A DNA stretch of 64,000 nucleotides from Methanotrichaceae archaeon (GCA_963748825.1 CAVVKN010000023.1:1-64000); one strand, 5' to 3'. Positions 39,101-49,590 are shown, counted from the stretch's first letter. Notes: generated by a model from the sequence alone, not told the origin. Numbers and translations: made by a program.

Positions 39101-40054
39101 TTACAGGCCGAGCTTGGCGTACTCCTTGGCCCAGTAGGTGATTATCATATCCGCGCCCGCTCTCTTGATGCAGGTTAAAGCCTCCAGGAAGGCCGCCCTC
39201 TCATCCAGCCAGCCCTGTTTTGCCGCAGCAGCGATCATGGAATACTCGCCTGAGACCTGATAAGCGGCGGTAGGCATGCCGAACATCTCCTTAACGGCAC
39301 GCAGAACATCAAGGTAGGGCATGGCCGGCTTGATCATGACCATGTCCGCACCTTCTTCGACATCCAGTTGCACCTCCCAGAGCGCCTCGGAAAAGTTGGC
39401 GGGATTCATCTGGTACCCCTTGCGGTCGCCCCAGGCAAAGCCGGACTCGGCCGCCTCTCGGAAGGGCCCGTAAAAGGTAGATGCATACTTGGCAGAATAG
39501 GATAGGATGGACGTGTCTGTGTATCCGTCCAGGTCCAGAGCAGTTCGTATGGCCTGCACCATGTGATCCATCATGCCGCTGGGAGCTACTATATCAGCAC
39601 CCGCAGCAGCGTGGCTCACGGCCGTCTCTCCCAATAATGGCAATGTCTCATCATTGAGAATCTTCTCGCCCCGGACGAGGCCGCAGTGCCCGTGGCTGGT
39701 GTACTCACACAGGCACAAATCGGTTATTACTATCAGGCTGGTGGTCTCCTTGATGGCAGCTACCGCCTTCTGAATTATGCCATGCGGATCGTAGGCACCA
39801 GAGCCTATCTCATCCTTAAGAGCTGGCAGGCCGAACAAGAGCACAGCAGGCACGCCCAGATCTTCGAGGATTCCCGCCTCCGTCGCCACGCTCTCCAGGC
39901 TCTGCCGGAACTGACCGGGCATGGCCTCAATTGCCCTCGGCACGGATATTCTCTCATCCACGAAGATGGGCTGCACTAAATCATTGCAGGATAGCCTGGT
40001 TTCCGCCACCATCTCCCGGATTCCTGGCGCTCTTAGCCTCCTCATTCGCCTCAT
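39101..40054 (-). CDS. hemB: Porphobilinogen synthase (ALA dehydratase)
   Basis: DLCLCEYTSHGHCG Zn site, APSGMMD, SAKYASTFYGPFREA, IKPAMPYLD, YQVSGEY. Confidence 0.97.
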   Translation of the reverse strand: MRRMRRLRAPGIREMVAETRLSCNDLVQPIFVDERISVPRAIEAMPGQFRQSLESVATEAGILEDLGVPAVLLFGLPALKDEIGSGAYDPHGIIQKAVAAIKETTSLIVITDLCLCEYTSHGHCGLVRGEKILNDETLPLLGETAVSHAAAGADIVAPSGMMDHMVQAIRTALDLDGYTDTSILSYSAKYASTFYGPFREAAESGFAWGDRKGYQMNPANFSEALWEVQLDVEEGADMVMIKPAMPYLDVLRAVKEMFGMPTAAYQVSGEYSMIAAAAKQGWLDERAAFLEALTCIKRAGADMIITYWAKEYAKLGL

Positions 40055-41310
40055 ATCTTTTCCTCCAGCCGGAATAACTCACCGACAACCTTAAGGACCT
40101 CTGTATCCCCTTTCTCCGCCGCTCGCTTGAGCGTCTTGGTGGGCTCGGAGAAGAGCTTGTTAACGATGGAATGGCTCATGTCTTGCAGCACCTTCTGCTC
40201 GATCTCGCCCAGAGTATGCCTGGCCGAGAGCTTGTTCATGGCCCGCTTGACCTCTTGATCCTTGATGACCTCAGCCTGAGAATATAGCCGGGCCAACAGA
40301 TCCTCAGCCTCTTTCCTCTTATATTTGGCCTTTAGAAGCCCCATCTCTTCAGCGATTATGGCTTCGACTCGATTGGCCTCCGCCATCCTCTGCAACATGT
40401 TCTCGCTGCTGATATTCCTCAGGCTGTCAATGTTATGCAGCTCGACCCCAGGAACCTCTGCTGCCGCCTCATCTACGTCTCTGGGATTGGCAATATCGAT
40501 GATAAGCAGTTTGTTATCTCTGCCCTCCATGGCCTTCTCGATGTCCTCCTTGAGAAGAATATAATGGGGCGCAGAGGTGGCACTGATGATCACATCGGCC
40601 GTCTTGAGGCGGATTTTCATCTCCTCAAAGGGCACTGCCTGCGCCCCCAGACAGCCGGCGAGAGACTGGGCTGAGCTGTAGGTCCTGTTAGTGACCGCCA
40701 GCGAGCAGATATCCTTAGCCATGAGCGCCCGTGATATGAGCTCCCCCGTGTCTCCGGCACCAATTACCAGAACGGACTTTCCCTTTAAATTCCCGAGAAT
40801 TTCCTGCGCCAGGTCAACGGCGGCAGAGCCCACGGATACGGACCTCTCGTTAATCTGGGTCTCTTTCCTCACCCGTTTTCCGACAGCAATGGCTTTTTTG
40901 AAGGCCGTATCCAGAATCCATCCTGTCGTTCCGGCCTTGGCTGCCATCTGCACAAGCTCCTTCATCTGACCCAAAATCTGGTCCTCGCCGAGGATCATGG
41001 ACTCAAGACCCGAGGCCAGGCGCAGGAGGTGAAGCAGGGATTCATCATGATCATGAAAATCGATTATACGAGAAGAAACGCGCGCCTTTTTGGCCAGGTC
41101 GAAGAGCACCTTCTCGCCGCGTACACTGACGATATAAATCTCGACACGGTTGCAGGTCTTGAGTACAGCGCACTCTTCCACCCTCTCCTGTGAGCACACC
41201 CATTTGAGAAGGGTCTGCACATCTCCGTGCCAGGCCCGCTCAATCTCATCAATGGAGGCCTTGCGGTGTGTTACCAGCATCGAGGCTATCTCGCTCATCG
41301 AGACAGACAT
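40051..41310 (-). CDS. hemA: Glutamyl-tRNA reductase
   Basis: TCNRVEIY, GLESMILGEDQILGQ, IGAGDTG, DIANPRDVD. Confidence 0.96.
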   Translation of the reverse strand: MSVSMSEIASMLVTHRKASIDEIERAWHGDVQTLLKWVCSQERVEECAVLKTCNRVEIYIVSVRGEKVLFDLAKKARVSSRIIDFHDHDESLLHLLRLASGLESMILGEDQILGQMKELVQMAAKAGTTGWILDTAFKKAIAVGKRVRKETQINERSVSVGSAAVDLAQEILGNLKGKSVLVIGAGDTGELISRALMAKDICSLAVTNRTYSSAQSLAGCLGAQAVPFEEMKIRLKTADVIISATSAPHYILLKEDIEKAMEGRDNKLLIIDIANPRDVDEAAAEVPGVELHNIDSLRNISSENMLQRMAEANRVEAIIAEEMGLLKAKYKRKEAEDLLARLYSQAEVIKDQEVKRAMNKLSARHTLGEIEQKVLQDMSHSIVNKLFSEPTKTLKRAAEKGDTEVLKVVGELFRLEEKI

Positions 41311-41956
41311 GTGAGCGGGCTCTCATATAGGCCTTTTCATAGGAGACTTCTAGAAGTCTCCAAACCTCATCGTCCAATAATATCTCCCAGATTATGCGGG
41401 CGCGATCCTTCTGCATGGGCACAAGCTCTTTGTTCTCCCTCCTTATCTGAGAGAGCAATCGGGCCATGTCCTGATAGTTCCCAGTCAGCTCCTCTTCCAA
41501 CCGGAGGCGAAGATATTTGGTAAGGCCCGGGATTTCGGTAGAGATGGCAATAGCGATGGAGCCGCTTTGCAGAATTGATGGAACCACCACATCGCCAACA
41601 CCCTCCACTTTGTTCACGAGGATTCCCTGCGCTGCAGCCTCCTCTTCTATGGCGCGATTTAATTTTGAGTCGCTTGTGGCTGGTATTACGATGAATGCAC
41701 CCTGCAGATATTTGGCGAAATCACCGGATAGATCGCACTCCACAAGCTCAATCTGCCTTTGCGGGTCCGCCGCCAGATCCAGGAGCCCGGGGGAGAAATC
41801 GCGAGACAAAACTCTCACCGGCCCATATTGGGAAAACAGCCCGGCCTTGCGCTCGCCAACCTTTCCCCCACCGAAAATCACCACAAGCCTGGACGTGAGG
41901 TCCAGAAAAAGGGGTAATCGCGGCCTTCTCGATTTGATATCTCTTTGTTCGGCCAT
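41249..41956 (-). CDS. sirC: Precorrin-2 dehydrogenase / sirohydrochlorin ferrochelatase (SirC/Met8-like)
   Basis: LPLFLDL..VVIFGGGKVGERKA, ATSDSKLN, IAIST; lies in the heme operon. Confidence 0.88.
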   Translation of the reverse strand: MAEQRDIKSRRPRLPLFLDLTSRLVVIFGGGKVGERKAGLFSQYGPVRVLSRDFSPGLLDLAADPQRQIELVECDLSGDFAKYLQGAFIVIPATSDSKLNRAIEEEAAAQGILVNKVEGVGDVVVPSILQSGSIAIAISTEIPGLTKYLRLRLEEELTGNYQDMARLLSQIRRENKELVPMQKDRARIIWEILLDDEVWRLLEVSYEKAYMRARSHVCLDERDSLDAGNTPQGLH

Positions 41957-41966
41957 ATCGCCCCAC

Positions 41967-42425
41967 TTAAATCCTGGCACTGGTCTTCTTGTACTCAAAA
42001 TCACTGAAGAGCACCTTGTAATCACTTATGCCTGATCTTTTCGATAGCTGATCTGCTATCTTCAGGCAGTCATCCCGGCTTTTTGAGTGTACCATGGTGT
42101 AAAGATTATAAGGCCAGTCCTCGGCTGTCGCCCTCTCGTAGCAGTGAGTGACCTCATCGACTGAGGCAAATAGCACGCCTGCTTTTTCCACATCTTCGGG
42201 AGCCGCCTTCCAGGCAATCATGGCATTGGCCACAATCCCCAGAGCCCTGTGACCAATGGTCGCGGCAAAGCGACGAATTATGCCCTCCTCTTGCAGGGCA
42301 CGCAGGCGAACTATAACCTCCTGCTCGGATATGCCCACAAGATTTCCTAAGACCAGATAGGGCCGCGATGTAAGCTGCACTCCGTCCTGGGCGATCTTGA
42401 GGAGATCAAGATCCTTTTGATCCAT
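41967..42425 (-). CDS. ahbB: Siroheme decarboxylase subunit beta (Lrp/AsnC-like)
   Basis: GIIRRFAATIGHRALG..ANAM, VTHCYER, WPYNLYTMVH, EYKKTS; start MDQKDL. Confidence 0.88.
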   Translation of the reverse strand: MDQKDLDLLKIAQDGVQLTSRPYLVLGNLVGISEQEVIVRLRALQEEGIIRRFAATIGHRALGIVANAMIAWKAAPEDVEKAGVLFASVDEVTHCYERATAEDWPYNLYTMVHSKSRDDCLKIADQLSKRSGISDYKVLFSDFEYKKTSARI

Positions 42426-44569
42426 CAGAGCCACCCCCGCGGGTCCTGGAAAGGATAACGATCTACGCCGCCCCCAGGAATTTGGCGCGGCACATCTCCA
42501 GGATTTCCTAAGACCTGATGGTCGCTCCAGTAGTTGCCGCCCACCGCAGGCCCGCCGTCCCACTGGTTTTGCCCGTTATCCGCAGCGTTCTGGAAGCCAT
42601 TTTTTGCGAAGATGTTATGGTAGAGCAAATTTCCAATGCAGTCCACTAAGTTAGCGCCCGCGATCTGGTTATCATAGATGTTATTCTCAGTGATGTTGAT
42701 GTCCTTAGAGCTGCTCATGCGCAGGCCAAAACGGCTATTCTCACCCAGGATATTTCCAGTGAGGTTCAGCCGGCGAGAGGACTGGACATAGATTCCCTGG
42801 CCGTTTCTCAGGGCGATATTGCTCTGGACATCGGCATCTAATAGCTGCTGAAGAGTGATGCCGTCTAACTTGTTTGCGCTGGCATTATTTGCTTGCAGAA
42901 AACAGGAATTGCTGCCCGTGAGGGATATGCCTCGATCATTGGAAAATGCAGCATTTCCGATAAGAGAGCAATTATGGGATTTGCTGAGAAGCACTCCATC
43001 CTCCTGGTTTTTGCTGGTGCTGCAGTTTTGAATCCTGCATAGCCGGGATCCATGAAGGGCTATACCGCTTTGGCAGGACTGTATTTCGCACCCTAACAGA
43101 CCCAGGCCCTGCGCGTCGTCAGCACGAAAGCCCTCGGCAGAGCAATTGCGGGCCAGGTCATAGGCAAACTGGCAGCCGGATGATCCCTCTGCTGCAAAGC
43201 CGGTCTTGCAGTCCAAAGCCCTGCAGCGGGATATGGTGCAGGCCAGGCTGTCCAGAAGAAGAAATCCCTTTTCAGCCCATGAGATGCTGCTGTTTAAGAT
43301 ATTGCAGTTGGTGGAATTGACCAGCAGCACGCCCGTGCTGCTGTTTCTTATGGTCAAGTTGGCGGCACGAATGTTTTTGCAGGATACAAGCCCCAAAAAG
43401 CCGCAGTCTGTTGGCACCATGAGATCGGCTTTTCCTACCAGATAGCAGATCGGCTTATTGTCTGCCAGATTGCTCTGGTCTATGTCCTGCACAAAGAAAT
43501 TATGATTTGATGACCCAGATTGGCCCTGGCCGGACTCAACACGCAAGTTGTAAGAGTTTTCCCGAAGGACGTTCTCCCTCAGCACATTTTTCGTGCAGCC
43601 GCGCAAAGAGATTCCATAGGTATTCCGGTATGCCTGGTTGGAGGAAAGAGAGTTTTCCAATGATCCCTGAAGAAGGATGCCGTTGCCATTCTCGGAAAGA
43701 TTATTGCTCGCCAGGAGGTTTTGGTAGGCTCCTTCGCCAAATATTCCTGCCCGCTCGTTCTTCAGACAGATGTTGCCGGAGACGTTGCAATTTTGCGATC
43801 CCCTCAGGCTTATGCCGACTTTACCGCCTGTTATGTAGTTTTTCGTCAGGTTGCTGCTGCGTGATTCGAATACATCAAGACCGCTCACAAAGCCGCTAGA
43901 AAGGTTGTTGTGGGAGACTTCATTGCCATGGGATCTGGTGAGCACCACCCCAAACCCGTTTCCAGAAAATGTGTTATTGACAACAGCGTTTCCTTTGGAG
44001 TCTTCAATTAGCACGCCCTGTAAAGCAGTGATTTGGCAGCCCGAGATCATGCCTTCCGATGTTCCGTTTATCCTAACTGCCGTGCCGCTCGATATCGTGC
44101 CCGAGATAGTGCTGCGCAGAACCTTATTTTTCGCGCCGAAGATCTCCACACCCTGCGGTGAATCGATCCGGCAATCCCTTATGGAATTATTCTCACCGGT
44201 CACTTCGACGGCCGTCGCGATGCCGGCTACGGTGCAGCGCACGAGTTGATTGTCTTGAGAGGCGAGGCTGACGGCAGCATCTTTTCCACTGGCCTTTATG
44301 GTGATGTCGGATATATTGCAACCGGGCGCAGTTACAGCTAATAATCCCTCTACAATTACAGCTCCTGTGCCGAAGATGTTCAGCCTTTTGTCCACAATAG
44401 CTCCTGCATAATTTCCCGGCAGGATTTGAATCGTATCTCCTGAGCTGCTAAGCTGGACCGCGGCCAAAAGCGTCTTAGCATCTCCTGATCCGCCCGGATC
44501 GACAATCAGGGTCTTGGCCTGGCAGGAAGCGACGAGAAGCAAGAGAATTAGGGCCGAGCATAGTTTCAT
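42425..44569 (-). CDS. Secreted right-handed parallel beta-helix (NosD/CASH) repeat protein
   Basis: Signal peptide MKLCSALILLLLVASCQA, many GIxLxxSxNNxIxxN repeats, GGNYWSD and DRYP C-terminal motifs. Confidence 0.9.
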   Translation of the reverse strand: MKLCSALILLLLVASCQAKTLIVDPGGSGDAKTLLAAVQLSSSGDTIQILPGNYAGAIVDKRLNIFGTGAVIVEGLLAVTAPGCNISDITIKASGKDAAVSLASQDNQLVRCTVAGIATAVEVTGENNSIRDCRIDSPQGVEIFGAKNKVLRSTISGTISSGTAVRINGTSEGMISGCQITALQGVLIEDSKGNAVVNNTFSGNGFGVVLTRSHGNEVSHNNLSSGFVSGLDVFESRSSNLTKNYITGGKVGISLRGSQNCNVSGNICLKNERAGIFGEGAYQNLLASNNLSENGNGILLQGSLENSLSSNQAYRNTYGISLRGCTKNVLRENVLRENSYNLRVESGQGQSGSSNHNFFVQDIDQSNLADNKPICYLVGKADLMVPTDCGFLGLVSCKNIRAANLTIRNSSTGVLLVNSTNCNILNSSISWAEKGFLLLDSLACTISRCRALDCKTGFAAEGSSGCQFAYDLARNCSAEGFRADDAQGLGLLGCEIQSCQSGIALHGSRLCRIQNCSTSKNQEDGVLLSKSHNCSLIGNAAFSNDRGISLTGSNSCFLQANNASANKLDGITLQQLLDADVQSNIALRNGQGIYVQSSRRLNLTGNILGENSRFGLRMSSSKDINITENNIYDNQIAGANLVDCIGNLLYHNIFAKNGFQNAADNGQNQWDGGPAVGGNYWSDHQVLGNPGDVPRQIPGGGVDRYPFQDPRGWL

Positions 44570-44835
44570 CTTTTCTACTTTATGCGTTTGCAGGCTATTA
44601 AATCTATGGCGGTCGGTATAGATTGTTATTAAATTACTCAATATTTTTTGAGATTAATTACCATCACTCTCGGGCTAATTGCGGCTTTTAGCATAGGACC
44701 CACGGACACTTCTGCCGCCAATACCGTGTTAATGATAATTATATATATTTTGTATTTTTTTGAGTTGAGGTCCATTGGTAGAAAGGTAGAAATATGCAAA
44801 TCTATCATCCTTATTTTGAGCAGGGAAGGATTCTC

Positions 44836-46098
44836 ATGGCAGGATTTCGCATTCTCATTATCGAAGACGATCCAGAGCATGCCGAGCTGATTAGAATGGG
44901 CTTTAGAAGGCATGACGAATTCTTCTTAGACTTTGCCGCCTCTGGAGAAGAGGGGCTGAGGATGATCGCCGCCACCGCCTATGACCTGATCTCCGTGGAC
45001 CTGGTCTTGCCCGGCATTGGGGGCCTGGATGTTCTGGTGAGGATCAGAAAGCTTGATCCGGACATTCCCGTGGTCATGGTTTCAGGCCACGGCACTACAG
45101 AGATGGCGGTAGTGGCCTTTGAGAACAGGGCTACCAAATATGTGGTCAAGAGCCTGGAAAGCTTCAAGAGCCTTCCTTATGTCTTCGAGAACCTTATTCA
45201 AGAGGCCCGATTCAGGGGCAACGAAAGAGCAATGCGTGGGCAGATCGAGCGATCAGAGAGAATCCATAGGAATATTGTGGAGAACGCCCTGGCAGGCATT
45301 TACATTTTGCAGGAGGGGGCTTTCAGGCTTGTCAATCCAAAGCTGGGAGAAATATTCGGCTGCTCTGCAGAGAGCCTGATTGGCCGGCCCTTCTGGCAAC
45401 TCGTAAAGCCCGATGATATGCAGTGCGTGAGCCGCCTGCAGCGCGACTTGCAGTCCGATATACCCGTTTATGAGTCGAAGGTGCAGCGCAAAGACGGAAC
45501 CTGTCGCTGGATAGAGTTTCGGACCGTTCCCATTGAGTACGATGGCAAAAGAGCAATCCTGGGCAATCTCCTGGACATAACGGCAAGAAAAGAGCTGGAG
45601 ATTGGAATAATGCAAGCAAACCGGGAACTTGCCGCCATCGACGGCATAATGCAGACCAGTTTGCCCTCAGCAGAGAATATGGATAAGAAGCTGACCGATG
45701 CCCTGACCCATCTCATAACAGGCATGGGTGGTGCAGAGGTAGGGGGAGTATTTCTCAGGGAAGAGAGTGGCCTGGTGCTGCGGGCGCTGCACGGATCGGT
45801 GGAGGAGCTAATCGAGTTTATCAGTGGAATGGAAGCGGGCATTCTTCTGGGCCAGCCTCGTGTCCAAAGATGCGAGGCGGGCTCACAGCATAGCTGGATG
45901 TCGGCACCCATAATCTGTGCGGGCGAGACAAAGGGAGCTGTGGTCGTTGCCTGTGCTGATGCCAGCAGCACACAAGGCCTCAACTTTTTGGAAAAGGCAG
46001 CCGGGCGCATCGGCCATCTCCTGGATGTGTGCGGCCCAAATAAGATGATGCTTCCGTCAGAGGAGATGCTGGCCCAGATCAAAACCAGTTCCACTTAA
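44836..46098 (+). CDS. Response regulator with REC-PAS-GAF-like domains
   Basis: ILIIEDD, VDLVLPGIGG (phospho-Asp), PAS (IYILQEG..VNP..RKDG..WIE..DIT), GAF-like tail; no HTH seen. Confidence 0.85.
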   Translation: MAGFRILIIEDDPEHAELIRMGFRRHDEFFLDFAASGEEGLRMIAATAYDLISVDLVLPGIGGLDVLVRIRKLDPDIPVVMVSGHGTTEMAVVAFENRATKYVVKSLESFKSLPYVFENLIQEARFRGNERAMRGQIERSERIHRNIVENALAGIYILQEGAFRLVNPKLGEIFGCSAESLIGRPFWQLVKPDDMQCVSRLQRDLQSDIPVYESKVQRKDGTCRWIEFRTVPIEYDGKRAILGNLLDITARKELEIGIMQANRELAAIDGIMQTSLPSAENMDKKLTDALTHLITGMGGAEVGGVFLREESGLVLRALHGSVEELIEFISGMEAGILLGQPRVQRCEAGSQHSWMSAPIICAGETKGAVVVACADASSTQGLNFLEKAAGRIGHLLDVCGPNKMMLPSEEMLAQIKTSST

Positions 46099-46139
46099 GG
46101 CTAAAGATCTCAAAATCACTTTGCGCTGCCGAATTATCC

Positions 46140-46643
46140 TCAGCCAAAAAATTCATCCAGCCAGTTCACCTGGCCGGGGGGAAGCTCAAGCCTTCCCCGG
46201 ATTATTCCGGTCACTAGATCTGCCACCTCTTGGGGGCTCTTTTCTGTGGTATCAATCTCATCAACCCGGGCACATAGCTCCACCGCCTCGACCAAAATAA
46301 CATCCAGCGCTTCTGCCTCCAGGTTTTCCTTTATTTTTGGGGCAGAGTAGCCTCGCGCCTCCAGCCGCGACTCGAGTATGACGGGATCCAGCCGCAAAAC
46401 AATGGACCAGTCTGCGAAGTGATGGGAGAAATGGCCTTCCAGGATAAGGGTCTCACCTGGGTCCAGCTTTGCCAGATAGTACGCAAGAGCATCCATGTCC
46501 GCCTCCAGGCAGCCCCGTTCCGGATCTTTGCCAAAATTCATGCCCTCTTTCACCAGGGCATTTATATCGATGACCTTGTAGGGCAAAAGCCCGGCAACGG
46601 TGGTCTTTCCCGTGCCGGGGGTGCCGGTAAGTGCTATTTGCAT
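46140..46643 (-). CDS. Adenylate kinase, AK6/Fap7-type
   Basis: LTGTPGTGKTT, EGHFSH, RLEARGY..KIKENLEAE. Confidence 0.9.
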   Translation of the reverse strand: MQIALTGTPGTGKTTVAGLLPYKVIDINALVKEGMNFGKDPERGCLEADMDALAYYLAKLDPGETLILEGHFSHHFADWSIVLRLDPVILESRLEARGYSAPKIKENLEAEALDVILVEAVELCARVDEIDTTEKSPQEVADLVTGIIRGRLELPPGQVNWLDEFFG

Positions 46644-47704
46644 ATTTCCCGGAAAGCGGAAAGGAAGCGATCGTTCTCAGAAGGCGTTCCCACGGTCACC
46701 CGAGCATGATGCTCGCCTGCTCCCCAAAAGGAGCGGCAATCGCGTATGATTATGCCTCTGGCCAGAAATTTCTCCACAAATTCATGGGAGTCTTGCTGCG
46801 TCTCCAGGTAAAGGAAGTTGGCCTGAGAGGGGTGCGCCTTTATCTCCTTATGCAGCCGCTGCCGCTCTGATATTATCTTTTCCACGGACTGTCGCATGAA
46901 GGGCAGATCGACTAGCGCGGCAACTCCTGCCGCAACCGTTGCACAGCTGATGCCGTAGAAGGGAGGCGCAGCTCTTCTGTACTGATCGGCTATCCACTGG
47001 GGCGCCACGCCGTAGCCCAGCCGCATGCCCGCCAGGCCGAAGGCTTTGGACAGGGTGCGGCCCACGATCAAGTTGTCATACTGCTCTACCAGTCGGATGA
47101 GGCTCTTGTCGGCAAATTCCACATAAGCCTCGTCCAGGAACACAATTCCGTTCGTGCTCTCCAGCAGGGCGCGTACTTCCTCCTCGCTCGCCACATTGCC
47201 GGTGGGATTGTTGGGCGAGCAGAGAAAGGCCATCTTTGTGTCCGGCGGCACATCGTTTGTGATCTCAAAATGCGGCCCGCGAGGCGCGAGGTTGGGGGTG
47301 GCCCCGGCGGTAATGGTCAGTATCTCATAGTAGCTGAAGGTAGGAGTAGGAATGAATGTCCGATCGCCCTTTTCCAAAAAGAGACGGGTCAGGGTGTCCA
47401 TAACGCCATCCATGCCCGCTCCGATTATTATCATCTCTTCGGGAAAGCCGGTATAGGCGGCGATGCCCGCAATCAGTTCCTCGGGCTCAGGGTATCTCTC
47501 CGGGGAGATGCAGGCCAGAGCCTCTGCCACCCTGGGGCTGGGGCCATAGGGATTCTCGTTGCTGCCCAGCTTCACAATCGATTCCTGCTTCAGGCCATAT
47601 TTGCGGGAGATCTCGCCGAAGCCCTTGCCGGCCACGTAGGGCTTGAGCTGACTTAAGACCGGACGCAACATGGACTGCCGCCAGGAATCAGAGTGACTCT
47701 CCAA
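46634..47704 (-). CDS. hisC: Histidinol-phosphate aminotransferase
   Basis: KLGSNENPYGPS, SPNNPTG, DEAYVEF, RTLSKAFGLAGMRLGY; alternative start 47671. Confidence 0.93.
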   Translation of the reverse strand: MESHSDSWRQSMLRPVLSQLKPYVAGKGFGEISRKYGLKQESIVKLGSNENPYGPSPRVAEALACISPERYPEPEELIAGIAAYTGFPEEMIIIGAGMDGVMDTLTRLFLEKGDRTFIPTPTFSYYEILTITAGATPNLAPRGPHFEITNDVPPDTKMAFLCSPNNPTGNVASEEEVRALLESTNGIVFLDEAYVEFADKSLIRLVEQYDNLIVGRTLSKAFGLAGMRLGYGVAPQWIADQYRRAAPPFYGISCATVAAGVAALVDLPFMRQSVEKIISERQRLHKEIKAHPSQANFLYLETQQDSHEFVEKFLARGIIIRDCRSFWGAGEHHARVTVGTPSENDRFLSAFREICK

Positions 47705-48836
47705 TCACGCTCACCACTTTATCGATCTCAGCTTTTCCGACTACCAAGGGCGGAATGAAGCGGAGGGTGTGCTCGCCTGTGCTGTTGATCAGCACTCCCT
47801 TTTGCAGAGCCTTTTCCACCAGCAACTTGCAGTCCGCGTCAAGGTCCAGGCCCACCATCAATCCCAGGCCGCGTATTTCGCGGGGCGCGAGCTTTTCCAG
47901 CTGACTCTTAAGGTATGCGCCCATCTCCTCGGACCTTTGCACCAGATTCTCATCTTTTATGACCTGGATTGTAGCCAGCGCGGCGGCGCAGATGAGGGGG
48001 CCTCCGGCAAAGGTTGATCCGTGGTCGCCCTTCTGGAAGGCCTCTGCGGCTGCGCCAGCCGCCAGCATGGCGCCAATGGGCAGGCCTCCTCCAATGGCTT
48101 TGGCAAGGGTGATGATGTCCGGCATAACCCCGAAGTGATCTTTGCCAAACCACTTTCCCGTACGCCCAAAGCCGGTCTGCACCTCATCGAAGATGAGCAG
48201 CGCTCCCTTATCATCGCATATCTGCCGTGCCGCACGCAGGTATTCGGCGTCGGCTACATAGACTCCGGCTTCTCCCTGCACCGGCTCCAGGATGACGGCA
48301 CCCGTTTCGCTTGTCACAGCGACTTTGAGAGCTTCCACATCGTTAAAGGGAACGAATGTCGCTTCGTTCAAAGGCTGGAAAGGCGCGCGATAGATGGATT
48401 TGTAGGTGGTGCCCAAAGCGCCCAGGGTGCGACCGTGAAAGGCGCGCTCGGCGGCTACGATCTTCGATTTGCCGGTGGTCCGGCGAGTCAGCTTTAGGGC
48501 AGCCTCCACGCTCTCTGCGCCGGAATTGCAGAAGTAAGCCCTCTTCATGCCCGTAAGAGCCGTCAGCTCTTCCGCCAAGAGCACCTGATTTTCCGTGTAG
48601 TAGAGGTTGGAGGTGTGGATTAACGTCTCAGCCTGCCTGGCTATGGCTTTAGCTACAGCCGGGTGGCAGTGGCCTACGTTGTTTACGGCGATGCCGGCCA
48701 CGAAGTCCAGATACTCCTTTCCTTCCGAGTCCCAGACACTGGCTTTACTGCCGCGCACGAGGACTACATCCTGGCGGGCGTAGGTCTGGATTATGGCTTG
48801 CGATTCCCTAGCTTTCAGATCATTTTTGTCGGTCAT
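47688..48836 (-). CDS. argD: Acetylornithine aminotransferase
   Basis: YLDFVAGIAVNNVGHCHP, FHGRTLG, EPVQGEAG, DEVQTGFGRTG, AKAIGGG, HGSTFAG. Confidence 0.93.
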   Translation of the reverse strand: MTDKNDLKARESQAIIQTYARQDVVLVRGSKASVWDSEGKEYLDFVAGIAVNNVGHCHPAVAKAIARQAETLIHTSNLYYTENQVLLAEELTALTGMKRAYFCNSGAESVEAALKLTRRTTGKSKIVAAERAFHGRTLGALGTTYKSIYRAPFQPLNEATFVPFNDVEALKVAVTSETGAVILEPVQGEAGVYVADAEYLRAARQICDDKGALLIFDEVQTGFGRTGKWFGKDHFGVMPDIITLAKAIGGGLPIGAMLAAGAAAEAFQKGDHGSTFAGGPLICAAALATIQVIKDENLVQRSEEMGAYLKSQLEKLAPREIRGLGLMVGLDLDADCKLLVEKALQKGVLINSTGEHTLRFIPPLVVGKAEIDKVVSVIGESL

Positions 48837-48906
48837 AAGTATTGATTCCGGTTTCGTCTCTTTTGCTTGGGTTTACGTCTCAATAACGTGCTCAAACATC
48901 GAACTC

Positions 48907-49548
48907 TTACAGCGCACTCTTCGCAAATTTCAGGCTCATCTGTATCTGGCGGTTGACGTCGCGAGAGGTGATCTCCATGTGTCCGGGATACATGGTTTGT
49001 ACATCCAATTTGGTCAGCCGTTCAATGGATCTGACCAGCTCCGGAGTGTCGCCTCCGTACATGTCCGTGCGGCCGATGTTCCCGTCCGGAAATACCGTGT
49101 CTCCGGAGAAGAGCACCTTCGCATCCTTCTCGTAGAGGCAGAGGCAGCCCAGGGAGTGGCCGGGGGTCTCCATGACCTGCAGCTTCCATTCCCCAATATC
49201 CAGGACCATGCCCTCCTTAAGGGTCTCATCCACCTTATAATCCGGGGCCTGCTGGCCGAAGAGATAGGCCACCGAGGCCATGTCGTCTCCTACCGCACCC
49301 ACCTCTTTCTCGCTCAGAAGGATCCGCGCACCCGTCGCCTCCTTGAGCGCCGGCGCAGCCCCAGAGTGGTCGTGATGGCAGTGAGTGAGAACGATCATCT
49401 CGATCTTAGTGGGATCAATAAATTTCTTGATATTTTTTAGGGTCGGGCCGGCCATCATGCCTGCATCTACCAAAATGGGCTTCTTGTCCAGGATCAGGTA
49501 GACATTGCCATCGAATGCCGCACCGCTAACCTTATGCACTTCAACCAT
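48907..49548 (-). CDS. MBL-fold metallo-hydrolase
   Basis: THCHHDH, TPGHS, FSGDT, YPGH. Confidence 0.92.
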   Translation of the reverse strand: MVEVHKVSGAAFDGNVYLILDKKPILVDAGMMAGPTLKNIKKFIDPTKIEMIVLTHCHHDHSGAAPALKEATGARILLSEKEVGAVGDDMASVAYLFGQQAPDYKVDETLKEGMVLDIGEWKLQVMETPGHSLGCLCLYEKDAKVLFSGDTVFPDGNIGRTDMYGGDTPELVRSIERLTKLDVQTMYPGHMEITSRDVNRQIQMSLKFAKSAL

Positions 49549-49590
49549 GAGATAAACACCTTAGCTCTTACAATATATTAGTTGGTATTA

